From Bacteroidota bacterium (GTDB taxonomy: Bacteria; Bacteroidota; Bacteroidia; JABDFU01), in NCBI GenBank assembly GCA_013286655.1, contig JABDFG010000008.1, positions 413 to 64,412 of the forward strand: a DNA stretch of 64,000 nt, read 5' to 3'. Under the pieces are notes generated by a model. The model was not told where the DNA came from. It did no database searches and saw nothing but the letters and a program-made list of their open reading frames with translations. Both the position numbers and the translations under genes were made by a program. Positions 9,945 to 20,020 of the stretch are shown piece by piece (positions within the stretch are counted from its first letter, which is position 1; the number at the start of each line of letters is the position of its first letter).

Positions 9945-11462
9945 ATGAAAAGCAAACAAACGGTATTTACGACTATTGGTTTAATAGCAGGAATCCTGGT
10001 GCTGATCAATGTGTTGGCTGACAGATACTTTGTAAGGCTTGATTTTACGGAGGATAAACGGTATACCTTGAGTCATGCCACACACGATATCTTATCTTCT
10101 CTTAAAGATCCGGTTACGGTTACGGCCTATTTTTCGGAAGACCTTCCGCCGGATATTGCTAAAACCCGAAGAGATTTTAAAGAATTGCTGGTAGAATATG
10201 CGGCCAATAGTAAGGGCAAGGTAGTTTATGAATTTATCAATCCGAATAAGGATGAGAAGGTTGAGCAAAAAGCTAACCAGGATGGAGTGTCACCTGTAAT
10301 GGTGAATGTGCGGGAGAAAGATCAGATGAAACAGCAAAAGGCTTACCTGGGTGCTGTTGTGCAGATGGGAGAAAGAAAAGAAGTAATTCCTTTTATGCAG
10401 CCGGGTGCCGCTATGGAATATGCGTTGTCGTCCAATATTAAAAAATTATCCTTAAGTAACCGGGTAACGATCGGATTGTTGCAGGGCCATGGTGAAGCAA
10501 AACTTTCTGCCATGAACCAGGCGAATGGCTTGTTATCGGTTATGTACAATGTAAGGGAACTTACCCTGAGTGATACGAATGGAATCCCGGCAGATATCAA
10601 AACACTGGCGATTATAAATCCCCAGGACACAATTAATGAAGCTCAGTTGAGTAAGGTCGATGACTTTATGAAAAGGGGAGGAAACATTTTTATTGCAGCC
10701 AGTTCGGTGAAAGCTGATTTGCCAAAGGCGATGGCTCAGGCTCTTCATACGGGCCTGGAAAAGTGGCTGATGCAAAAAGGCCTTATGCTGGAAGAGGAAC
10801 TTGTTATTGATGCCAGTTGCGGGGCCGTTCAGGCGCCCCGTCAATTTGGGTCTTTCCAGGTGATGCAGAATATAAATTTCCCTTATATTCCTGTTCTGCA
10901 TTCTTTTGCGGATCATCCGATCACGAAGGGAATTTCTACGGTTTTCTTTCAGTTCACCAACCCGATCAAATATAACGGGAATCCCTCTGTTATATTTACT
11001 CCTCTTGTCCGGTCTTCTAATAAATCCGGAACACAAAAAGTTCCGGTCTATTTTAACCTTGGGAAAGAATGGAGTCAAAATGATTTCCCCTTATCGGGGA
11101 TTGTGCTGGCTGCTGCACTGGAAGGCCCTATTACAGGAAATACGAAATCAAAAATGGTAGTAGTTGCGAATGGTAATTTTGCGGTGAACGGGGAGTCCGA
11201 AAAGGCGAATCAGCTTCAACCCGACAATGTTAACTTGTTTGTTAATTCCATCGACTGGCTTTCGGATGATACGGGTCTTATTGAATTGAGAACGAAAGGT
11301 GTCGCTTCTCATCCTCTTAACCAGGTAGAGGACGGCACAAAGGCACTCCTGAAGTATTTTAATTTTTTATTTCCCATACTATTGATCATCTTGTATGGAT
11401 TCGTCCGTTTTCAAATGAAAAGAAATGAACGCCTGAAAAGAGCTGCAGAAAACTATGCTTAA
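9945..11462 (+). CDS. gldG: GldG-family ABC transporter accessory protein
   Basis: N- and C-terminal TM anchors flank a large periplasmic domain. The motif RLDFTEDKRYTLS is typical of the GldG family. Confidence 0.6.
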   Translation: MKSKQTVFTTIGLIAGILVLINVLADRYFVRLDFTEDKRYTLSHATHDILSSLKDPVTVTAYFSEDLPPDIAKTRRDFKELLVEYAANSKGKVVYEFINPNKDEKVEQKANQDGVSPVMVNVREKDQMKQQKAYLGAVVQMGERKEVIPFMQPGAAMEYALSSNIKKLSLSNRVTIGLLQGHGEAKLSAMNQANGLLSVMYNVRELTLSDTNGIPADIKTLAIINPQDTINEAQLSKVDDFMKRGGNIFIAASSVKADLPKAMAQALHTGLEKWLMQKGLMLEEELVIDASCGAVQAPRQFGSFQVMQNINFPYIPVLHSFADHPITKGISTVFFQFTNPIKYNGNPSVIFTPLVRSSNKSGTQKVPVYFNLGKEWSQNDFPLSGIVLAAALEGPITGNTKSKMVVVANGNFAVNGESEKANQLQPDNVNLFVNSIDWLSDDTGLIELRTKGVASHPLNQVEDGTKALLKYFNFLFPILLIILYGFVRFQMKRNERLKRAAENYA

Positions 11463-12402
11463 GAAAATAAATACCCGGGTTTTATTACTTGCTTTTGTGG
11501 TTCTGGGTGGACTTCTTTTGATAACGGTATTCCGTGATTCAGAAGGACATGAAAAAACTTTCCGGGATGAATTTTATAAAATAGATTCTTCCCAGGTTAA
11601 AACAATTTTGCTCTATCCTCAGAAGATAAATCACCAGGAGATCAGACTGGTGAATGTTTCGGGTAATCAATGGGAAGTACAAAACAAGATAACAAACTCG
11701 GATGCAGATACGGCAGCTGTTCAATCGCTGATAAAAACATTGGTTCATATGAAGCCTGTTCGACTTGCGGGTAACGATAAAGAAAGCTGGAAGGAGTTCG
11801 ATGTAACGGATTCCGCAGGTACCCGGATAAAGGGATTGGATCCTTCTCAAAAAACAGTGATAGATTTGGTCGTGGGAAAATTTTCATATAACCAACAAAG
11901 CCGTTCGGGTGTAACTTATGTGAGGGTGAATGGGGATGATAAGGTGTATGCCGTGGATGGTTTTTTATCTCCAATGCTTAACCAGGAGTTTGATCGCTGG
12001 AGGAATAAAAACGTCCTGATTGGCAACAAGGCAAACTGGACTAAACTAATATTTCATTATCCTGCGGACAGTGGTTTTATCCTTCATAAAACGTCTGCAT
12101 GGATGGTTGATGATGAAAAATGCGATTCTGCCAAAACAGAGCATTACCTTAATGGGATAACTCATTTACAGGGTTATAAATACCTGGATAAGTTCGACGC
12201 AAAAACCGGGCGGGAGCTTTTCAGTTTAAGCGTGGAAGGAAATAACGGTATGGTTCCAGTTACGGTTAAGGCTTACCTGAATTCGGATACGACAGATAAG
12301 TATGTTCTGAATTCGAGTCTTAATCCGAAAGCGTATTTCAGTGGAACTTCAGGTAATCTTTTCAAGACGATTTTTCCGGATAAAAAATCAGTGTTGAAAT
12401 AG
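11455..12402 (+). CDS. DUF4340-like protein, N-terminal TM anchor
   Basis: Overlaps the gldG stop by 8 nt (operon). Single N-terminal TM. The usual partner of GldA/F/G-like transporters. Confidence 0.45.
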   Translation: MLKKINTRVLLLAFVVLGGLLLITVFRDSEGHEKTFRDEFYKIDSSQVKTILLYPQKINHQEIRLVNVSGNQWEVQNKITNSDADTAAVQSLIKTLVHMKPVRLAGNDKESWKEFDVTDSAGTRIKGLDPSQKTVIDLVVGKFSYNQQSRSGVTYVRVNGDDKVYAVDGFLSPMLNQEFDRWRNKNVLIGNKANWTKLIFHYPADSGFILHKTSAWMVDDEKCDSAKTEHYLNGITHLQGYKYLDKFDAKTGRELFSLSVEGNNGMVPVTVKAYLNSDTTDKYVLNSSLNPKAYFSGTSGNLFKTIFPDKKSVLK

Positions 12403-12532
12403 GATCAGGTAATTAAGCTTCTTGTTAAATCTCTGTTAAATATACTGTTTCGGCTGGTCCGGATTTTTGTAGCAGGTAAAATGTTATATATTTACAGCTC
12501 ACTATAAATTAAACTTAGCTAAATCAATTACC

Positions 12533-12916
12533 ATGGACACAAAAGCAAATTCACTCAATTGGTTTGAAATCCCAGCTGCGGATATTAACCGTGCAAAAAA
12601 TTTCTACGAAAATATTTTTGGCATTAAAATGGAATCTCAGGAAATGATGGGGATGAAAATGGCTTTTTTCCCGGCTGAACCTAATTCGGGAAAAGCGAAT
12701 GGCGGAGTAGTGGAAAGTCCTAATCACAAACCAAGTATGGATGGCTCGCTTGTTTATTTAAACGCGAATCCTGCAATGGATACAGTTTTGTCAAAAATTG
12801 AAAAAGCAGGAGGTAAGGTTGTTATGCCAAAAACAAAGATCAGCGATGAGATCGGAAACATGGCTTTCTTTATTGATACAGAGGGCAACAAAGTAGCACT
12901 TCATTCACAGAATTAA
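12533..12916 (+). CDS. VOC (glyoxalase/bleomycin-resistance fold) family protein
   Basis: 127 aa. NWFEIPAADINRAKNFYENIFG and a C-terminal FIDTEGNKVALH pattern are typical of small VOC proteins. Confidence 0.7.
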   Translation: MDTKANSLNWFEIPAADINRAKNFYENIFGIKMESQEMMGMKMAFFPAEPNSGKANGGVVESPNHKPSMDGSLVYLNANPAMDTVLSKIEKAGGKVVMPKTKISDEIGNMAFFIDTEGNKVALHSQN

Positions 12917-12941
12917 TAGGAGAGTATATGCGATCTCCGGA

Positions 12942-12971
12942 GCCGCCCCGACATCAGGGGCGGTTTTTTTT
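12942..12971 (+). terminator. rho-independent terminator
   Basis: GCCGCCCC / GGGGCGG stem followed by T8. Confidence 0.8.
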
Positions 12972-13023
12972 ATAGCTTTAATTTTATGTACCTTCATTCC
13001 TGATTATTTTTTGATAACGATAC

Positions 13024-13530
13024 ATGTATAAAGTCAGCGTTAATAATAAGTTTCACTTCGAAGTTGATCTTAATCCTGATGGCAATTCCGGGAAAATAAA
13101 TGAGAAGGATTGCAGTTGGGATGCAATAAAAATAAAAGAGGGTAGTTTCCATGTTATAAAGGACAATCGTTCGTACACTGCAGAACTTATAAAGGCGGAT
13201 TATTCTGAAAAAACGTTTACAATCAGTATAAACGGAACTAAGTATACCGTCAGCTTAAAGGATAAATTTGATGAACTGCTGAAAAAACTGGGGATGGACA
13301 ATCTTTACAGTAACAAGGTAAACGAAGTGAAAGCTCCCATGCCTGGTTTAGTGATCGAAATAGGCGTGCAGGAGGGGCAAGCTGTAAAAAAGGGGGATGC
13401 TTTGATCGTGTTGGAAGCAATGAAAATGGAAAACATTTTAAAGTCGCCTGCTGATGCTATCGTAAAAAAAATAAATGTAAAGAAGGGCACTGCCGTAGAA
13501 AAGAATCAGGTACTTCTGCATTTTTCATGA
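13024..13530 (+). CDS. biotin carboxyl carrier protein (biotin/lipoyl attachment domain)
   Basis: C-terminal APMPGLV...VLEAMKMEN biotinyl-lysine motif. Confidence 0.8.
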   Translation: MYKVSVNNKFHFEVDLNPDGNSGKINEKDCSWDAIKIKEGSFHVIKDNRSYTAELIKADYSEKTFTISINGTKYTVSLKDKFDELLKKLGMDNLYSNKVNEVKAPMPGLVIEIGVQEGQAVKKGDALIVLEAMKMENILKSPADAIVKKINVKKGTAVEKNQVLLHFS

Positions 13531-13554
13531 CAACAACACCTAAACTAATTACTA

Positions 13555-14298
13555 ATGGAAACGAACAGAAGAGATTTTATTAAAAAAAGCGTAGGGCTTA
13601 CGATGGCTGCCGTTGCAACTACTGCTGCCGCGAAGTCCCTGAATAAGGTACATGATCTGTTGGGCAAAGATAAATTGGCGCAGGGAGGAACGGCATTTAC
13701 GTTGCCGGCCTTGCCTTATTCCTACGATGCTCTGGAACCACATATTGACAAAATGACTATGGAAATTCACCACGATAAGCATCACAAAGCATATGTGGAT
13801 AACCTGAATAAGGCCCTGCCAGGAGGAGGTAAGCTCGAAGAAATTATCGCAAAAATTTCTACTCAGCCCATGTCGGTCCGTAATAATGGAGGAGGTCATT
13901 ATAACCATAGTTTATTCTGGCAGCTCATGAAACCGGCGGGGGGAGGTACCCCATCGGGCGTTCTGTTAGACGCTATTAGAAAATCATTTGATTCATTTGA
14001 AAATTTCCAAAAAAAATTCGGTGAGGCGGCCAGCACACGCTTCGGATCCGGCTGGGCCTGGCTTGTCGTAGATAATAGCGTACTGGATAATAAGGTTCTA
14101 AAGATCGGCTCAACGCCCAATCAGGACAATCCATTAATGGACATTTCTGATTTTAAAGGGCAACCCGTTCTTGCTCTTGACGTATGGGAGCATGCTTACT
14201 ACCTCAAAAACCAAAACAGACGGGCGGACTATATTAATAGCTGGTGGAATGTTGTTAACTGGGATAAGGCGAATGAATTATACACTGCTGCTAAATAA
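13555..14298 (+). CDS. sodA: Fe/Mn superoxide dismutase with twin-arginine signal peptide
   Basis: NRRDFIKKS Tat motif plus an A-rich h-region. Then [19 protein letters not shown] and [11 protein letters not shown] motifs. Confidence 0.9.
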   Translation: METNRRDFIKKSVGLTMAAVATTAAAKSLNKVHDLLGKDKLAQGGTAFTLPALPYSYDALEPHIDKMTMEIHHDKHHKAYVDNLNKALPGGGKLEEIIAKISTQPMSVRNNGGGHYNHSLFWQLMKPAGGGTPSGVLLDAIRKSFDSFENFQKKFGEAASTRFGSGWAWLVVDNSVLDNKVLKIGSTPNQDNPLMDISDFKGQPVLALDVWEHAYYLKNQNRRADYINSWWNVVNWDKANELYTAAK

Positions 14299-14323
14299 AT
14301 TTCCGGCATGCGTCTGAACGGGA

Positions 14324-15301
14324 TTAATCATTATTGAGTGAATGCCGGGAGGGTTGTTTTGTGCTCACTTTTGGTTTGCATAGATTCGTTAACCAATAGG
14401 GTGTTCGGAAGATGTATCCTATATTGAATCCCGCAGTAGCAGCAATGGGAAAATCTTTGCCACCATATGCGAAAGCATACCTTTTATAATCCTCATCAGT
14501 AAAAGAAGAAATGGGAGGACCTCCCGTAAAATTAGTTGTTTCACTTTCAAAAGCATAGCCCAGGCCTATGTAGTATCCAACTGTTATTGAATTTCCAAAA
14601 ATAAACTGCCTTCCGTAAATAAGTTCCAGCGCCGCACCAAGATAACTGTTATTGGCATGTGTAAAGCTGGGATAATTGTATAGAATATCCGCATCGTAGT
14701 CCGAAGCCAGGCTATACAGAACCGCTTCAACTTTAAAATATCTTCCTTTTAAAGGATGCATATAACGGGCACCTTGAATTTCAATGTCAGAGGAACTTCC
14801 CAATAAGAATTTAGGACCTGTTCTTAGATAGATACCTCTCCCGTTATAAGGGTCAAGTTCAGATATGCCAGGTCCGACAATGCCTAAGCCTGTTTCCCAA
14901 TTAAACCCGGGCTTAATCATCCATTCATAACTAAAAGCGAGCTCGTGGTTTAACGGAGAGAAAAAATTGAATTTTAAGGAACTTGTTTTATCCAGAATCG
15001 CGTTATTACTTATATTCATGGGATCGGCAGCAGGATCACCTATCACGATAGTCTTTTCGAGTCCCGAAGAAGTTTGCAATTTGATTAGTTTAACCTCCCT
15101 TTTATTAATAACGACGACGGGACCGTCCTGTGCGTCAAAGTATTTATACCGGATCTCTTCCGATCCGATCTCTATAACTTTAACTTTAACCTGTTCTCCA
15201 TCCTTTTTAACAAGTACATCCTGTGCGTGCAGAACAGTAAAACCCATACATAACACTATACAAAGGACAAAAGGCTTGATAAAAACAAAATTATTCTGCA
15301 T
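14324..15301 (-). CDS. hypothetical secreted/outer-membrane protein
   Basis: Internal ATG gives the signal peptide MQNNFVFIKPFVLCIVLCMGFTVLHAQ. The C-terminal half is Gly/Tyr-rich and beta-strand-like. Confidence 0.4.
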   Translation of the reverse strand: MQNNFVFIKPFVLCIVLCMGFTVLHAQDVLVKKDGEQVKVKVIEIGSEEIRYKYFDAQDGPVVVINKREVKLIKLQTSSGLEKTIVIGDPAADPMNISNNAILDKTSSLKFNFFSPLNHELAFSYEWMIKPGFNWETGLGIVGPGISELDPYNGRGIYLRTGPKFLLGSSSDIEIQGARYMHPLKGRYFKVEAVLYSLASDYDADILYNYPSFTHANNSYLGAALELIYGRQFIFGNSITVGYYIGLGYAFESETTNFTGGPPISSFTDEDYKRYAFAYGGKDFPIAATAGFNIGYIFRTPYWLTNLCKPKVSTKQPSRHSLNND

Positions 15302-15373
15302 AAATATAAAATGTTTAAACCTCAAACGGGATATCCCTTCATTTATTGTCAATTTCTGAAGAGGGACTTTTCT

Positions 15374-16297
15374 TTATACCAGCTCAATGTCAAATTGAAC
15401 CAGGTCAATAAATTGTTGCACCCGTGTTTCCACCTCTTTCTGCGACAAACTCAGCAATCGTTCAGTGCCAAATTTTTCCACACAAAACGAAGCCATAGCA
15501 GATCCATAAATAATGGCACGTTTCATATTATCAAATGATATGTCCTTGGTTTTGGCGAGATAGCCGATAAAACCTCCGGCGAATGTATCTCCGGCGCCTG
15601 TTGGGTCAAACACATCTTCCAAAGGCAATGCGGGAGCAAAGAACACTTGATGCTTGTTAAACAACAAGGCCCCGTGTTCCCCCTTTTTGATGATCAAGTA
15701 CTTTGGCCCCATTGCTAAAATTTTTTGTGCGGCACGTGGAAGCGAGTATTCTCCCGAAAGCTGTCTAGCTTCTGAATCATTGACAGTGAGTACATCCACC
15801 TTTTTTAAAATCCGTTTCAGGTCATCCAGGGCTACGTCCATCCAGAAATTCATGGTATCCAATACGACCAGTTTAGGTTGTGTTTTCATTTGTGCCAGAA
15901 CTTTTTCCTGTACAAGGGGAGTAAGATTACCCAGCATCACAAATTCATCTTCCTGGTAAAAAGCAGGCAGTATCGGGTTGAAGTCTGCCAGTACATTCAG
16001 TTCGGTCACTAAGGTATCACGGGTATTCATGTCGTTGTGATACTTTCCTGACCAGAAAAATGTTTTCTGGTCTTTCAAAATCTGCAGACCATCTGTATTT
16101 ATTCCTTTGCTTTGCAGCATTTTAACCGTGTCCTGAGGGAAATCGCCCCCGACTACAGATACGAGGTCCATCTTCCGGGTGAAATAAGAAGCTGAAAGCC
16201 CTATGTATGTGGCTGCTCCGCCAATAATTTTATCCGTTTTCCCGAAGGGGGTTTCAATTGCATCAAAAGCAACTGTGCCGACGATTAATAAGCTCAT
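15374..16297 (-). CDS. PfkB-family carbohydrate kinase
   Basis: C-terminal DPTGAGDTFAGGF motif of the ribokinase/PfkB family. Confidence 0.8.
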   Translation of the reverse strand: MSLLIVGTVAFDAIETPFGKTDKIIGGAATYIGLSASYFTRKMDLVSVVGGDFPQDTVKMLQSKGINTDGLQILKDQKTFFWSGKYHNDMNTRDTLVTELNVLADFNPILPAFYQEDEFVMLGNLTPLVQEKVLAQMKTQPKLVVLDTMNFWMDVALDDLKRILKKVDVLTVNDSEARQLSGEYSLPRAAQKILAMGPKYLIIKKGEHGALLFNKHQVFFAPALPLEDVFDPTGAGDTFAGGFIGYLAKTKDISFDNMKRAIIYGSAMASFCVEKFGTERLLSLSQKEVETRVQQFIDLVQFDIELV

Positions 16298-16362
16298 AAA
16301 GAATAGTTTTTTTAATTTATTGTAAATATATTGTATAATTAATCACAAAAACTCCTTTTTTA

Positions 16363-17157
16363 TTGAAGTACGTACTTTATGGCTGGTTTATTTGTCTCCT
16401 GGTACATACAGGGGGAGGCTTTGCTGTTCTGGCACAGCCACCTTTGCATGTTATATCGGATCTTTCAATAGACGGCGGAAGTAAGACGGATTCCAAAATT
16501 GTTATTGAGCGGGACGGACAAAAATGGAGAGGGCGGAATGGGGACGATCCTAAATCCTTTACGGAACTGGAATGCCAACACGATTATGTTTTTACTTTTT
16601 CCAAGAAGGGCTATGTAACAAAGAAAATATTCATTTCAACAAAGGTTCCTGAAAACACAGCTAAAAGCGGATTCAAGTCTTTTTATTTCGAGGTGACCTT
16701 ATTCCGGCAGGTGGATGGGGTTGATATTTTGATTTTCAATCAACCCGTTGCAAAGATTATCTATAATCCGGAGGTCGGAGATTTTACCTATGATACCGAT
16801 TATTCTTCCAGCATACTGGCTGCTTTGCAAAAGGCGGAGAAGGAACTCAAGCAAAAAAGAAAGGAAGTGAAATCCAATGCCAAGTCCCCGGATATTATTC
16901 CCGCTAAACAGGAAAAGGTTCTTGAGCCCGTATCCAAAAAAACAATTACTTCGGTTGATTCTGTTGCAAAAGGACCGGAGAAGCGGGAGGAAAATAGCTA
17001 TATGGAGGGGGAAAAGCGGGTCACTCAAATTACTGTAACAACACATGGAAAGAGCCATGTATATAAAAAAGTGGCGTACGTATGGGGTGTTTATTATTTC
17101 TGTGATAATATGAGCATTACAGAGTCCAGCTATATTCAGAATGCGTTGCTGAAATGA
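16363..17157 (+). CDS. hypothetical secreted protein
   Basis: TTG start and a hydrophobic N-terminus. No recognisable catalytic motif. Lys/Glu-rich linker. Confidence 0.35.
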   Translation: MKYVLYGWFICLLVHTGGGFAVLAQPPLHVISDLSIDGGSKTDSKIVIERDGQKWRGRNGDDPKSFTELECQHDYVFTFSKKGYVTKKIFISTKVPENTAKSGFKSFYFEVTLFRQVDGVDILIFNQPVAKIIYNPEVGDFTYDTDYSSSILAALQKAEKELKQKRKEVKSNAKSPDIIPAKQEKVLEPVSKKTITSVDSVAKGPEKREENSYMEGEKRVTQITVTTHGKSHVYKKVAYVWGVYYFCDNMSITESSYIQNALLK

Positions 17158-17229
17158 GAGCTGATCCGGTGAAATAATATCCCATTCTCCTCCAATTGTT
17201 ATAAATTAGCACGACCAATTCAAAATCCA

Positions 17230-17601
17230 ATGAAAAATCTCAAGCTCATTTTGTTTACTTCCCTGGTGCTGGCAGGTGATTTTTGCTTAGCACAAACAGT
17301 CAGTACCAATTCTATTCTGGTTGGCTATGATAAACACACAACTATTCAATTGAGTAAGGAAGATGTGAAATCATTGGATAATGTAAAATCCAGAATAAAT
17401 AAATGCGAGGTGATTTCCTATAAATTGTCTTTGTCATCTTCGGGAAAGAAAACCTCTGTTATTGTTCAGGGGGACAGCATTCCTTCAGCTGCTATTGGAA
17501 ACGTTCAATCGGGTGATAAGATTTCTATTGAAGAAGTTAAAGCTAAATGTGGTAAGGAGCCGGCAAAATCTATAAAGGGAGTTACAATTGAAATAAAGTG
17601 A
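17230..17601 (+). CDS. hypothetical small secreted protein
   Basis: Clear signal peptide MKNLKLILFTSLVLAGDFCLAQ. Confidence 0.4.
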   Translation: MKNLKLILFTSLVLAGDFCLAQTVSTNSILVGYDKHTTIQLSKEDVKSLDNVKSRINKCEVISYKLSLSSSGKKTSVIVQGDSIPSAAIGNVQSGDKISIEEVKAKCGKEPAKSIKGVTIEIK

Positions 17602-18189
17602 ACGGCAAGTACTGCAATTTATATTCCTAAGAGTCCCCCCGACAAATCCCAGGAACGATGGTTGCGCAGGGGTTTACTGTTTTTCCTGATATGATCTCTT
17701 TTTCTTTCGTGGTGAACCTTTTGAAGTTCCCTGGCAGAAAGAACTACGCTGAATGGAAGTTCGGAATTAAAATCCCCTTCAAAAATTTTGTTTTCCGACT
17801 CGTTGTTTTTTGTTGTTTGCATGGTAACTCTTTTTGATTCAGAACTGCAATTATGATGCAGAAAGTGTATCTGAAATGTTAAACTTTTGTTAATAATACC
17901 AGTTTATCAGCGTCTCAGCTAAATACAACTATTAATACGTGATAAATGATGAAGCCAAATGCAAGAATGCTACAGCCCTTAATCCAGGAATCAACGGTTT
18001 GGTTGTAATTGGATTTTCTCATTTGAATTGCCTTATTCATAGCTTTAGGTTTTGGTTATATCTAAATTAGGCTACAAATGGGCCTTTATTCCTGTATTCT
18101 ACCAGGCTGTGGTGTTAGGCTATTGAACGGCAGGATTTGTCGGGTAAACGGCGGTATCGCGGAGGTCTTTATAGGTATTTTATGCGATG

Positions 18190-19740
18190 TTATGGCCTCT
18201 TTTCTATTTCCTGGATGATTTCCATGAGCTTTTTCAGTTTTGCATTTGGGTTGTACCCATCAAAATATCCACACGAATAGGTTGCTCTGGTTGTTTTGAT
18301 TTCAAGGATGGACTTATAAGCCCCCTGCGCATCTCTAAGACGGGTAGGAGAAGGTAAATCAACCAATTCTGAAAATGCATATCCGGAAACAGAATTTATA
18401 AGGTCTTGCCAATCTGATTTATTTATTAATGTTATTCTGCTGGTAACTTCTGAAGAGGACATTCCTAATTTTGTTTCAAAAAATGCGGTATCTTTTCTGA
18501 TAGAAACAGTTCTGATACCACCCATATCGTACGAGAATTGATAGTTGAAAATAAACTCATCAATTGTTTCGTCTGGTTCATTATAAGTGTACATAACATT
18601 GTTTTTTATCCTATCGGCAGATGAAACATTTTTTGCAGGATAACTTTCTAAAACATTCCCGATTACTGAACGCTTAATATCATCAGAATAAAATTGCCCG
18701 TTAAGATTTTGCTCCAAATAGATAGTACTTGCCCATACAAGTTTATTCAGTTTCCTGTCAACTAGTTTTAAACTAATTTCCCGGGCGAAATGGACGATTG
18801 TATCTCTGTCCCAGGTCGTATTTTTATCCACTCCCTTTGACCCGCCGCCACCACCGCCTCTGCGACCACCTCCACCCCCTCTGCCGCCTGAACTTCCACC
18901 TGCACCGGGAACCGCCGAACTATATGAATTGGAGGAAGAAGACATTTCTATATCAGTATTTTTTCGTTTGTCAAAACTTAATTGAATCAATAGGTCTGGA
19001 TCATCAGAAGTGCTTCTCATTCCTCTTAAACCGAATAGCGTATTGCAATTATTTTGCACCTCATACGCCAATCCTTCATTTGTAGTTAAATTATTTTTGC
19101 TATTGCTTTTATCCATTAACCACGCAAAGGTTCTGTATTTGCTGAAATCAACCGTCTTGTTAATATATGTACTGAATTCTTTACAATTAAAAGAAGCATC
19201 CAATTTTATAGTTTTCTGGTCGGGGTCACGCCAATAAAAGTCATAAGCCCCTGGATTTTCTATTTTATAGTTATCAAGTTTTATAGAGAATGTTTCTATA
19301 AATGGTTTATCAATAGCCTGGTCCGCTGATAAATAAACTATATTCTTGTTTTGGTCAACGGCAACGTTAATTCTATAAATTAAAAGGGCCGTGTTCTTTG
19401 CTGAATTTGATGTTTTTACCATTAAAAGGTGTCCATTTATATTCAAGGCAGGTTTTGTTGGCATCTCTTCAAAATAAACTCCCTGTAAAAGAGCCAATTG
19501 TTTGCGATTAACTTTTAATACGCTGTCGCATTTCATTTTATAAAGCTGATATTCTTTTGGTGTTACGGGCTCACCATGTATATAATAGTTATCCTTTTTA
19601 TGATAGATGTATTTGTATTCATAATCCTCGTTAGCACTATTTTTTGTAATTTTTGCTGAATCGGGTTGCTGTTGGGATAAGCAATTAACTGACAGTAGTA
19701 TATTTATAAGGAGACAAACAGGGGTGAATTTTTTCAACAT
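18190..19740 (-). CDS. hypothetical lipoprotein/secreted protein with a DUF4136-like central region interrupted by a Gly/Arg-rich insertion
   Basis: Signal peptide with LSVNC. VDFSKYRTFAWL ... KLVWAST pattern. Insertion GAGGSSGGRGGGGGRRGGGGGGSKG. Confidence 0.5.
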   Translation of the reverse strand: MLKKFTPVCLLINILLSVNCLSQQQPDSAKITKNSANEDYEYKYIYHKKDNYYIHGEPVTPKEYQLYKMKCDSVLKVNRKQLALLQGVYFEEMPTKPALNINGHLLMVKTSNSAKNTALLIYRINVAVDQNKNIVYLSADQAIDKPFIETFSIKLDNYKIENPGAYDFYWRDPDQKTIKLDASFNCKEFSTYINKTVDFSKYRTFAWLMDKSNSKNNLTTNEGLAYEVQNNCNTLFGLRGMRSTSDDPDLLIQLSFDKRKNTDIEMSSSSNSYSSAVPGAGGSSGGRGGGGGRRGGGGGGSKGVDKNTTWDRDTIVHFAREISLKLVDRKLNKLVWASTIYLEQNLNGQFYSDDIKRSVIGNVLESYPAKNVSSADRIKNNVMYTYNEPDETIDEFIFNYQFSYDMGGIRTVSIRKDTAFFETKLGMSSSEVTSRITLINKSDWQDLINSVSGYAFSELVDLPSPTRLRDAQGAYKSILEIKTTRATYSCGYFDGYNPNAKLKKLMEIIQEIEKRP

Positions 19741-20020
19741 TCTTTAAAAAAAGTAGAGTCAGGCCGATATAAAACAAAAATCCCCGCTCTGGCAAGGGAA
19801 ATTGAGCATTTTGGTTATTAGTTTGTTTGATAGCTCAATTTACGTGCCACGAATTGATAATGCTAATTTTAAAGCGGCACATTTAGGGGTACTTGTCTAC
19901 CATTCTTGTTTTGCACTTTTTACTCATGCTCTTAATTCGCGGACCGAGCTGTATCTTATCAAGGGTCTTAGGGTGAAATTGTTTTGACCAATTAAAATGA
20001 ATGCCATTTCCAAGAAAGGG

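Noticed and set aside
17619-17822. 67-aa minus-strand ORF (MQTTKNNESENKIFEGDF...)
   Set aside because: No motif, no signal peptide, and no recognisable partner gene. It may be real, but it is not supportable from sequence alone.
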